Source of the DNA: a virus | Taxonomy: Duplodnaviria; Caudoviricetes | Direction: 5' to 3' (one strand) | Length of the DNA: 64,000 nucleotides | Virus record (IMG/VR): IMGVR_UViG_3300028797_000108 | Span: 32,001-96,000 of that record | In this document: piece after piece, positions 9,619 to 17,877 of the stretch | Position numbering within the stretch: the first letter of the stretch is position 1 | How the letters are laid out: every line of letters starts with the position of its first letter | The notes under the pieces: model-generated | Seen by the model: only the letters and a program-made list of their open reading frames with translations | Told to the model about the DNA's origin: nothing | The model's database searches: none | Program-made: the position numbers and the translations under genes

Positions 9619-10377
9619 ATGATTTTTGCAGATTATTGTGAACAGGAATTGTCCGAAGCATTGAAGGTCAAGTATGTAGTCCGCAACGGTAAGCGCAAGA
9701 AAAAGTGGGTCACCACGAAGAAAGGCAAATATCGTGTTGAGTATGAAAACGGTCAACCGAAGGAAGTGCGTATTACCGCTGGTGAACGCAGACGCAGAAA
9801 ACTTGGTCAGCGTAAAGGTAAGTTGAAGAGAAAAGCCAAAGTTGGTATCATCGAGCTCCGTAGAAGAAAATCATTTGTTGCTCGTCGTAATGCTGGTATG
9901 CAGTATAACAAGAAGATACCTGACATTGTGACTGCTCGTGGTCCAGATGGCAAATTGCCAGACATCGGTAAGGAAAGAACATTACGCCCCGTTCGTGAAA
10001 GCATGCTTTACGAGTCACCTCACTCATACCTATTTTCGGATGACGAAGGCGTTGACTACTTCTGGGATTTCTATTCAGAAATTGCGGGCGGTAGCGAATG
10101 GCTGCAGCAGGTTATTGACATATACACAAAGCATGAAATTGTGTCAATAGAAAAGGATGCGAACAATTCAGAGTTTGGCGATGTAATTGAGATACCGCCT
10201 GAATACATATCGGAAATTACAGAGAACCTTGTTTCAAATCTTGAGTTCTTGTGTGTTGCTGCTAAAGACTTTTTAGACGCTCCAAAGGAGTTGCAGCAAG
10301 CATTCATGGACAAGGTTCCAGCGAAGTTGTTTATGGCTATGCAACCTTACATTCGTAAGATGGAACTAGCTAAATAA
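9619..10377 (+). CDS. prohead core protein, gp68-like basic N-domain plus extra C-domain
   Basis: LSE site then very basic VVRNGKRKKK...RRRKSFVARRNAG, similar to the T4 gp68 basic tract; next to portal. Confidence 0.5.
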   Translation: MIFADYCEQELSEALKVKYVVRNGKRKKKWVTTKKGKYRVEYENGQPKEVRITAGERRRRKLGQRKGKLKRKAKVGIIELRRRKSFVARRNAGMQYNKKIPDIVTARGPDGKLPDIGKERTLRPVRESMLYESPHSYLFSDDEGVDYFWDFYSEIAGGSEWLQQVIDIYTKHEIVSIEKDANNSEFGDVIEIPPEYISEITENLVSNLEFLCVAAKDFLDAPKELQQAFMDKVPAKLFMAMQPYIRKMELAK

Positions 10378-10401
10378 ATACAACATAAGTGAGGTTAAAA
10401 C

Positions 10402-11997
10402 ATGCAGTGGTCCTTATTAAATCCATTTAGCGATAGGTTCCTACAAACTACGCCAGACAAGGCGCAGACAAGAGAAACCCTTGCTAAATTGAATTCTTAT
10501 GGTGTTGGCGAAGACACGCTTGACTTGAGCAAGCTGGTTCGCGGATATGGCGCCGGTTCTCCGGTATATCCGTATGAACAGAACAACGTCATTTTTGAAA
10601 CGGTCTTTGCGACAAAGAGACAAAGAATTAACTACTATCGCACAATGGCTAAGTATGCCTTTGTGAAGAAGATGCTTACAATCATCTCCGATGAATGTTG
10701 CTCAAAGCGTGCCGATGGCTCAGTGGCTACATTTGACATTGACCCAGCATACAGACACAAATTCACCGAGACTGAATTTAACTCATTGAAGGAACAGTTT
10801 GATTACATTGTCAATGCCGTCTTCAAGAAGAAGATGATGTGGAAGTATTTCAACCGCTGGTTGGTTGACGGAGAAATCTTCCTTGAAATTTGTTTGAATG
10901 ATAATAAAGATAGCGTGGTAGGCTTGAAACAGTTGCCACCGTATTGCACGCTTTGTGTATATGACGAAGGCATTCTAACTGGCTTTATTCAAGACCCATC
11001 ATTGATTAGCGGTGACTATGACCGCAATAATATCAAGACCTTTACACGCAACCAGATTGCATACGCAAACTATGGCCTATACGGCAACAACCTGAATGAC
11101 GTTCGCGGTCACTTGGAAGCAGCAGTTAAGCCTATTAACCAGCTTCGCTGTATGGAAGACGCCCAAGCCGTTTACTTCATGGTTCGTGCTCCGGAAAAGA
11201 GAATTTGGAAGATCTATGGCGGTGGCCTACCATTGCCGAAGCAGCAAGAATACTTGCAGCAGTGTATTGCTCAGTATCGCCGTGACTTGAATGTTGACCC
11301 ACATACAGGTCTTGTAAATGGTGCTGCTGCAACACAGGCATTGTCGCAGGATATTTGGGTACTTCAAGATCGTAACGGTAATGCTACTACCGTTGAAACA
11401 TTCCAGGGTGGACAGCAGTTCAATGGTATGCATGAAGCCATTGAAGGCTATAAGGAAATGGTCGCTGATGCTTTGGAAGTTCCAGCAACCCGTTGGAAAC
11501 TTGATGCTGGCTCTGCACAATATGTTCAGGGCGTTGAAGGATTGAGCATTGACGAATCTTCGTTCCAGCAGCGCTGTGCTCGTTGGGCTGAAGACTTTGC
11601 TGAAGTGATTAAGCAGGTGTTCATGGTGCAGTTGCAGGTCATGGGCTTTGAAGATAAGTACCTTGACTCTGACGCATACGACATTAAGCTCATTCCTTCT
11701 ACAGACACTCGCCGTTATCGTGAAATGGCTATTGCAGAAAAGGGCGCCGGTATTCTTGGTGGCTTGGTCACTATGATGCCTACACGCAGCAATACGAAGG
11801 ACGATTCTGATGAAGCTCCTCCGATGTTGTCAAAGCAATTCGTTATGGAAAAATTCCTTGGTATGTCAACTGAAGACCAGTTGCTCAACCAGGCAATGCT
11901 TGACAGAGAAGTCGCAGAAATTAAGGCTGCTCGAGACGCCATCAAGGAAGAAGGCGGTGACGAGGAGTCGGAAGATGAAGGCGATATGGAATTCTAA
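10402..11997 (+). CDS. gp20: portal vertex protein
   Basis: YRTMA, FNRWLVDGEIF, AVKPINQLRCMEDAQAVYFMVRAPEKRIWKIYGGGLP and ALEVPATR match T4-like gp20. Confidence 0.95.
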   Translation: MQWSLLNPFSDRFLQTTPDKAQTRETLAKLNSYGVGEDTLDLSKLVRGYGAGSPVYPYEQNNVIFETVFATKRQRINYYRTMAKYAFVKKMLTIISDECCSKRADGSVATFDIDPAYRHKFTETEFNSLKEQFDYIVNAVFKKKMMWKYFNRWLVDGEIFLEICLNDNKDSVVGLKQLPPYCTLCVYDEGILTGFIQDPSLISGDYDRNNIKTFTRNQIAYANYGLYGNNLNDVRGHLEAAVKPINQLRCMEDAQAVYFMVRAPEKRIWKIYGGGLPLPKQQEYLQQCIAQYRRDLNVDPHTGLVNGAAATQALSQDIWVLQDRNGNATTVETFQGGQQFNGMHEAIEGYKEMVADALEVPATRWKLDAGSAQYVQGVEGLSIDESSFQQRCARWAEDFAEVIKQVFMVQLQVMGFEDKYLDSDAYDIKLIPSTDTRRYREMAIAEKGAGILGGLVTMMPTRSNTKDDSDEAPPMLSKQFVMEKFLGMSTEDQLLNQAMLDREVAEIKAARDAIKEEGGDEESEDEGDMEF

Positions 11998-12006
11998 GGA
12001 GACCTT

Positions 12007-12014
12007 TATAAATA
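12007..12014 (+). promoter_or_regulatory. late promoter TATAAATA
   Basis: Exact consensus before the tube gene. Confidence 0.85.
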
Positions 12015-12042
12015 CAATATAGAACGAAATAGGAGATTTTAT

Positions 12043-12627
12043 ATGGCTGAAAATAATATGAGCGTTTTCACAACTAAGATTAAAAACCTTCCAGACTTGG
12101 TGAAGCAGTATCTCTTCCAAGTGACCTTCCAGTTTGACAACAAGGAACTGGCTGATATGCTTGGCGCTGAAGATTTGATGCTTCGTGCTAAGACTGCTTC
12201 TATTCCGCAGAAAACATTCGGCGAACTTTCAACCGAATACATGGGCTCTAAGCTTGTTTACCCTGGTAAGGCAACAGTGGATGGTGACTTGACCATTCAG
12301 TTTGACGAGTTCCAGGATATGACAATTTCAAAGCTGCTCCACAGATGGTCAAACTTGATGTTTAACCACGCCATTGACGACGACATTGACGCTACTGGCG
12401 TAACTGGTGGTGCATACTCTAACTACCTCAAGGACTATACAGCAACTATCACTGTTGACTTGTATGACTCAACCTTGACAAACAAGCTCCCTATTTCTTA
12501 TAAGTTCCGTTTCGCATGGCCGAAGGAAATTGCTTCTGCAGAATTGAATATGGAAGGTGATGCAAAGGTTACCCGTTCAGTTACCTTTAAGTACTCAACA
12601 TACGAAGTTATTTCAAACGTTGGCTAA
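12043..12627 (+). CDS. gp19: tail tube protein
   Basis: LFQVTF, AKTASIP, YMGSKLVYPG, FAWPKEI and VTFKYS are gp19-family motifs. Confidence 0.85.
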   Translation: MAENNMSVFTTKIKNLPDLVKQYLFQVTFQFDNKELADMLGAEDLMLRAKTASIPQKTFGELSTEYMGSKLVYPGKATVDGDLTIQFDEFQDMTISKLLHRWSNLMFNHAIDDDIDATGVTGGAYSNYLKDYTATITVDLYDSTLTNKLPISYKFRFAWPKEIASAELNMEGDAKVTRSVTFKYSTYEVISNVG

Positions 12628-12639
12628 TTGAGGTTATAA

Positions 12640-13005
12640 ATGAATTTTGAACAGTACTCAAAGAGTGAAATCTGCAAGCGTGCTGACCAGTTAAACGAGT
12701 CAACACAGCAGATTGGAGAAACCGACAAGTTCAAAGGTAATAACTTTGTCGGACCCCATCATCACGAATATATCTTGTGGGATCCTAAGATTGGTTGGGG
12801 CAAGACAGGTGATGCCCTTGACGATCCTAAGAAGGGTGCAGCAAATGTGCCAACTCACGAACATATGATCGTTGATGGTAAGGTGCTTGAATGTGCTGGT
12901 CACACACATGAATTGCTTGCTCCGTCAAAGACATTCTTGTCAACTGACCCGCCAAAGCGTGCCGTGGCTACTGTTGATACACAGCCACAAGAAGGAGGCA
13001 AGTAA
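12640..13005 (+). CDS. His-rich putative metal-binding protein
   Basis: HHHE, THEH and GHTHE motifs. Confidence 0.6.
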   Translation: MNFEQYSKSEICKRADQLNESTQQIGETDKFKGNNFVGPHHHEYILWDPKIGWGKTGDALDDPKKGAANVPTHEHMIVDGKVLECAGHTHELLAPSKTFLSTDPPKRAVATVDTQPQEGGK

Positions 13006-13466
13006 TGGAAGAAGTGCAGACAGGAGTACCTGAAAAGAGCAAGATTGAAGCTGACTTCTTGTCATTCTTGGCGAGCACTGTTGATGCTGAAACCATCAAG
13101 TTGTTCACCTTTGCTCTTGATGCTTTGACATTCGCAAACAAGATTCAGGTTTATCACTGGACTTGTAAGAGCGGGTTCCAGCATACGCATTGGGAAGAGG
13201 TTTACAAGATTATCCGTGACTTCGCTGATGATCTTGTTGAAACCGTTTTGTCAATGGGTTATGAATTCAAGATTGACAGCAAGAACTATCAGATTACTGC
13301 CGAACCTTACGACCTATCTATCGCAATGTTGAAGTTGACCGCGTTCCGTGAAGAATGCGAAAAGCTCAAGAAGCAGTATTCGTCAAAGGTCTCACTGGAC
13401 AATTTGTTCAGCGAAGTGATTGGCAAGATTGATAAGGAAATCGGTCTGTTGAAGAATTTCGGCTAA
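13005..13466 (+). CDS. ferritin/Dps-like four-helix protein
   Basis: QVYHWTCKSGFQHTHWEEVY...DDLVE resembles the Dps-type HW..H...E...D..E ferroxidase pattern. Confidence 0.65.
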   Translation: MEEVQTGVPEKSKIEADFLSFLASTVDAETIKLFTFALDALTFANKIQVYHWTCKSGFQHTHWEEVYKIIRDFADDLVETVLSMGYEFKIDSKNYQITAEPYDLSIAMLKLTAFREECEKLKKQYSSKVSLDNLFSEVIGKIDKEIGLLKNFG

Positions 13467-13476
13467 GGAGCGTCAA

Positions 13477-14007
13477 ATGGAATTAAATGAAGCTCTATCT
13501 ACATTAAATAATGCCGGTTTGATTGCGGAAAGATTCAGCGTGAATAGCATTGTTCGCGAATGGAATAAAGAAAACATCATAGCAGCAGCAAATTCAATTA
13601 AGCGCAGAACTAAGCTAAATAATATCGGAAAGGCTAATATCGTTACACTTGGTAAGATGATTAACCAGCACCTAGAATGGTTTTATCATAATAAGTTAGA
13701 TAAAGAAGCTGAACTGATCTTGAAAAAAGCAAGAGAACTTTCTCCAAAATCATTCCAGACTGATGATGATACTCCTGATGATGTTCAAGATGATGAAAAC
13801 GATTTGCCATCTAATGAAGATCGTGCCGATGCCGATGGTGCATATATGGGCTCTGCCTATACACACTATCACCTAGATGATCCTTGCACCGATGAAGATT
13901 GGCGTCAAGCCGGCCTTGAATGGACCGAGGACGCATTCAGCAATGGCGATCTGACAAAGGTCGAATACCGCGAGGCAATTCTGCATTACAGTCACTACGA
14001 GTATTAA
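13477..14007 (+). CDS. hypothetical protein, possible internal head protein
   Basis: N-terminus MELNEALSTLNNAGLIAE is shared with the ORF at 46358-46693. Confidence 0.65.
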   Translation: MELNEALSTLNNAGLIAERFSVNSIVREWNKENIIAAANSIKRRTKLNNIGKANIVTLGKMINQHLEWFYHNKLDKEAELILKKARELSPKSFQTDDDTPDDVQDDENDLPSNEDRADADGAYMGSAYTHYHLDDPCTDEDWRQAGLEWTEDAFSNGDLTKVEYREAILHYSHYEY

Positions 14008-14026
14008 CAGCGAACAAATTTATTAG

Positions 14027-14061
14027 AATCCGATGGGTAAAACCATCGGATTTTTGTTTTT
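14027..14061 (+). terminator. intrinsic terminator
   Basis: AATCCGATGG-GTAAAA-CCATCGGATT followed by T-run. Confidence 0.85.
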
Positions 14062-14068
14062 CTAATCA

Positions 14069-14076
14069 TATAAATA
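14069..14076 (+). promoter_or_regulatory. late promoter TATAAATA
   Basis: Exact consensus upstream of scaffold and capsid genes. Confidence 0.8.
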
Positions 14077-14133
14077 AAATAAGAGAAGGTTGATAAACAC
14101 CATCTCGGTGTATAAAACAAATTGGAGGATTGA

Positions 14134-15099
14134 ATGGATAAAATCTATGAAAAGCTTGCAGCTGTTCTCACTCCTGAAGACTTGAATGAAATTAAGCAGT
14201 CGTTCCAGTCAGCAGTTGATGAAGCGGTTCAAGCAAAGCTTGATATTGAAACTAAAAATCTTGCCAAGAAAGCAGCTGAGTTCTACGAAGCAAAATTGGA
14301 TGAAGCCATCAAGGCCAAAACCGCTGAGCTTGAAGAACTAGCCAATAAGTATTGCGAACAGCGTTGTGCTAAGATTACTGAAAACGCACAGAAGAAGCTG
14401 GACGCTCAACAGAAGAAGTTGGAAGAAGCTGCTGAACAATACATCTACCGATTCTTTGAAGAAAAGTTCAAGGAACGCTACGGAGAAGAATTGGAACAGA
14501 TGGAAGCATCCATGGTTGAATCTATGGACCGCTGGCTTGAATTTACTATTTCCGAAAAGATCAGTCCTAACCTCATCAAGCAGACAGCAGTCAACGAAAC
14601 ATATGAACCGATCATCAATGTTATCAAACAGGCATTTGAAGATAAGTTCGTTCCGCTTGACACAACTGGCTCTGCAAAGATTCGTGAAGCAAAGGCTCAA
14701 AACGCTGAACTTCGCACATCTCTTGATAAGCAGGTTAAAGAAAGCATGCGCTTGGCTGAACAATTGGAAACCGCAAACAAGAGGGCTATTATTGCTGAAA
14801 AGACAAACGGCTTGACCACAGCACAGTGTGCTCGCGTTAAGAACTTCTTTGAAAGCAAGAGCTATTCCGAAACCAAAATGGATATTGATGATTACGTAAA
14901 CATGATTTGCGAATCAGCGCCACGCATGATTAAGCCTCATGCTCAGCGTATTACGGAAAGCGTGAAGCCTACGACACAATCTCTTAAAATTGAAGATGAA
15001 ACTCAGGATATCATCACTGAAAAGTACCGCCCAAAGAAGAGCGTATCTGATTCGGATGCATTCTTGTTGAAGGCTGCTTCATTTTCAAGAGAAATGTAA
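14134..15099 (+). CDS. gp22: prohead core scaffolding protein
   Basis: Long coiled coil directly upstream of the capsid gene; IAEKTNGLTTAQ matches the gp22 C-terminal GL...Q pattern. Confidence 0.8.
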   Translation: MDKIYEKLAAVLTPEDLNEIKQSFQSAVDEAVQAKLDIETKNLAKKAAEFYEAKLDEAIKAKTAELEELANKYCEQRCAKITENAQKKLDAQQKKLEEAAEQYIYRFFEEKFKERYGEELEQMEASMVESMDRWLEFTISEKISPNLIKQTAVNETYEPIINVIKQAFEDKFVPLDTTGSAKIREAKAQNAELRTSLDKQVKESMRLAEQLETANKRAIIAEKTNGLTTAQCARVKNFFESKSYSETKMDIDDYVNMICESAPRMIKPHAQRITESVKPTTQSLKIEDETQDIITEKYRPKKSVSDSDAFLLKAASFSREM

Positions 15100-15176
15100 A
15101 AAAAGAAAAAATAAATAAAATAAAACGATAAACAATTTCGTGATTTCGTAAATCATAATCTCTTTTTGGAGGAATA

Positions 15177-16463
15177 ATGCACAATCAAATCAGACGTGAA
15201 ATCGTCGAACGTTGGACAAAGGAAGTTCCAGAAGGAATCTCCGTTGCCGACATCTCGAACAAATATATTCGCGAAAACGTTGCACAATTGCTTCAGAACC
15301 AGCAGAATGATCTTTATTCAAATACTTTGAACGAAGACTTTGGTATCGGTGTTGGCGCTCCTACAGGTGCTGACCAGGGTATCCCGCATGGTGGTGACGC
15401 AAAGGCAGTTTTTGCTCCAGTTTCATTGGCACTTGTTCGCCGTGTGTTCCCGCAGTTGTTCGCAAACGTTCTCGTTGGCGTTCAGGCTATGCAGGGTCCG
15501 GTGGGCTTGGCATACGCAATGCGTCATGTGTATAAGGATGAATTGGACAAGGGTCGCGTGGTTGAAGCAGCTTGGAAGGATGTTCCAGAATACTCTGGCT
15601 TCACAGGTTCTCAGGCTAACACACATGGTCCTGCTGACAGCGGTCTAGGTGTTGAAACACAGGCTGCAGAAGCATGGTCTATCAACGACCACGACAAGCA
15701 GGGTAAGATTCCTGAATTGGCAATCATGTTCAGCCGTCAGGCTATCGTTGCCAAGACTCGTAAGATCGCATCTAGCTTCTCTCTAGAATCTATTGACGAT
15801 ATCAAGAAGATGCAGGGTGTTGACATGGTGAACGACATGGTTAACGTTCTTCAGTACGAATTGACTGCAGAAATTGACCGTGAAACAATCGCTCGCTGTA
15901 AGTCTCTATGTAAGCTCAAGACATTGAAGCCTGCTGATACTCCGGCTGACGATGGCTGGTCTGGACGCTGGTCTCAGGAACGTTTGAGCAACATCATCAC
16001 ACACATCATTGCTCAGTCTAACGACATCGCAATCGCAACACGTAAGAATCCGGGTAACATCGCTGTTGTATCTCCAGCAGTGGCAACTGCACTCCAGTCC
16101 GCAACCCAGTTCTTCAACAAGATCACAACAGACGTAACCGGCTCTACAGCAACACCTGAAGTTGGTACATTGAACGGCGGTTCTATCAAGGTTTACCGCG
16201 ATGCATACGCTGTTAACCACGGTGTTGATAATGAAGAAGTTCTCATCGCTTACAAGGGCGCATCTAACGATGACGCAGGCGTAATCTTCTGCCCATACGT
16301 GACAGGCGTTGTGAACCAGGCTATTGACCCGAATACCTTCAGCCCACGCATCGGTATCATGACTCGCTACGCATTTGCTAACAACATGCTTGGCGCAGAC
16401 AACTACTACCGCTTGCTCAAGTTCCAGGGTATTGCTCAGAAGGTCAACGGCGATACATACTAA
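15177..16463 (+). CDS. gp23: major capsid protein
   Basis: LVRRVFPQL, GVQAMQGPVGLAYAMR, AKTRK, EIDRE, DAGVIFCPYV and FSPRIGIMTRY are gp23 hallmarks. Confidence 0.97.
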   Translation: MHNQIRREIVERWTKEVPEGISVADISNKYIRENVAQLLQNQQNDLYSNTLNEDFGIGVGAPTGADQGIPHGGDAKAVFAPVSLALVRRVFPQLFANVLVGVQAMQGPVGLAYAMRHVYKDELDKGRVVEAAWKDVPEYSGFTGSQANTHGPADSGLGVETQAAEAWSINDHDKQGKIPELAIMFSRQAIVAKTRKIASSFSLESIDDIKKMQGVDMVNDMVNVLQYELTAEIDRETIARCKSLCKLKTLKPADTPADDGWSGRWSQERLSNIITHIIAQSNDIAIATRKNPGNIAVVSPAVATALQSATQFFNKITTDVTGSTATPEVGTLNGGSIKVYRDAYAVNHGVDNEEVLIAYKGASNDDAGVIFCPYVTGVVNQAIDPNTFSPRIGIMTRYAFANNMLGADNYYRLLKFQGIAQKVNGDTY

Positions 16464-16509
16464 TCGGTAGACGGAAGTTAAACAATAAGGTAAAAGGAGA
16501 AACAATCTA

Positions 16510-16872
16510 ATGAAACCTACAGTTCAAAATCCGGACTTCTATGCCGTTGGTAACGATTACGCTCAGGCTCCGATCTCAGCATTCTACGATGTTGGCACTT
16601 CTGGTGAAAACTACCAGGACGGCATCTACACCAAGCTTGCTGACGAATTGGTGAATGGTGAGTTCAGTGCTGATCCTTGGAAGGATCCTAACGGATTCAA
16701 CAAGCGCACAATTCTTATTAACCCATCTGCTTCTTATGCTGATGATGACTACGGTCAGGCCGATGTTATCTTCAACGTTGGAGCAACGGATGATGAAGAA
16801 GCCCATGCTGCTTCGGCTAAGTATGGCAAGAACGATCAGTTCATTGACCCAGACGAACCAAAGAAGGCTTAA
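16510..16872 (+). CDS. hypothetical virion protein (possible capsid accessory)
   Basis: AAGGAG SD; co-transcribed after gp23; highly expressed-type codon bias. Confidence 0.65.
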   Translation: MKPTVQNPDFYAVGNDYAQAPISAFYDVGTSGENYQDGIYTKLADELVNGEFSADPWKDPNGFNKRTILINPSASYADDDYGQADVIFNVGATDDEEAHAASAKYGKNDQFIDPDEPKKA

Positions 16873-16894
16873 TCCTAACGGATAAAAGTTAAAC

Positions 16895-16924
16895 AAAAGG
16901 CTACCCTCTCGGGTAGCCTTTTTT
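16895..16924 (+). terminator. intrinsic terminator
   Basis: AAAAGGCTACCC-TCTC-GGGTAGCCTTTTTT. Confidence 0.9.
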
Positions 16925-16928
16925 GTGT

Positions 16929-16936
16929 TATAAATA
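16929..16936 (+). promoter_or_regulatory. late promoter TATAAATA
   Basis: Exact consensus. Confidence 0.8.
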
Positions 16937-16970
16937 AAACAAAAATTAAACCTATCGTGAGGTGATTTAT

Positions 16971-17804
16971 ATGGAAAGTAAAAAGGTTATTAGAAACGCT
17001 GCAATAGGCGGCGATCTTGGTGATGCAGCACAAGGCGTCCTATCCCAGGAAGGCATTCAGGCACAAAAATCAAATATCCCTGAAGATGCAGTGATGATTA
17101 ACGCTGACTTGCTTCCGTCAAAAGGCAAGTACTACAAAGCTCCTTTGTATGTGACTGAATTGTCACCGATTGACTTGAAGAACCTAAACCAGATGACTGA
17201 AGATAACGCTAACCAAGTCATCAACACGGTTCTTTCAAACTGCATTCATAACATCAATTATAAGGATATTCTTCAGGGCGACAAGGTTTGGCTGCTGTTC
17301 TATATCCGTTCCATCACATACGATGACTTCCCGATTTTCGTGAAGTATTCATGCCCTGAATGTAAGAAGGTTGACACCTTTAAGGTTCGCTTGAAGGAAC
17401 TCAAGGTCAACTACGCATCAGATAAGTTTGAGCCGCAGTTGGAATTGCCGCGCTGTGGTAAGACAGTAACCCTCCGTTATCCAACACTTCGCTTGGAAGA
17501 ACGAGCACAGGCATTGGCAAAGAACGATCAGATCATTGAAGCAGTTGACCCTGAACTAGCCGAAATTGCTCTATACATTGAAGCAGTTGACGGACAGCAG
17601 GTCACTCCGATGGAAGCATACAAATTTGTCAAGTCCATGAAGGCTCTTGATTTTGTCACCTTCTCTAACTACATGATTGAACACAATATCGGATTGATTC
17701 CTATCGTTGAAATTCCATGTACTTGTGGCAATACTGTTAAGAAGAAAATCGGTTTCACACCTGACTTCTTCTTCCCAGATTTCAAGAAGTATCAGAACGC
17801 TTAA
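16971..17804 (+). CDS. gp26: baseplate hub assembly protein, gp26-like
   Basis: LLPSKGKYY, GDKVWLLFYIRSITY, CPEC, LRYPTL, CTCG and DFFFP motifs; GAGGTG SD before ATG 16971. Confidence 0.75.
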   Translation: MESKKVIRNAAIGGDLGDAAQGVLSQEGIQAQKSNIPEDAVMINADLLPSKGKYYKAPLYVTELSPIDLKNLNQMTEDNANQVINTVLSNCIHNINYKDILQGDKVWLLFYIRSITYDDFPIFVKYSCPECKKVDTFKVRLKELKVNYASDKFEPQLELPRCGKTVTLRYPTLRLEERAQALAKNDQIIEAVDPELAEIALYIEAVDGQQVTPMEAYKFVKSMKALDFVTFSNYMIEHNIGLIPIVEIPCTCGNTVKKKIGFTPDFFFPDFKKYQNA

Positions 17805-17823
17805 TACTAGCTTTATATGTAGC

Positions 17824-17851
17824 AAGGGTGGTCCGTCAGGGTCACCCTTTT
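17824..17851 (+). terminator. intrinsic terminator
   Basis: AAGGGTGGTC...GGTCACCCTTTT. Confidence 0.7.
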
Positions 17852-17855
17852 ACCG

Positions 17856-17863
17856 TATAAATA
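17856..17863 (+). promoter_or_regulatory. late promoter TATAAATA
   Basis: Exact consensus. Confidence 0.8.
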
Positions 17864-17877
17864 TATAAAGAGGCATT

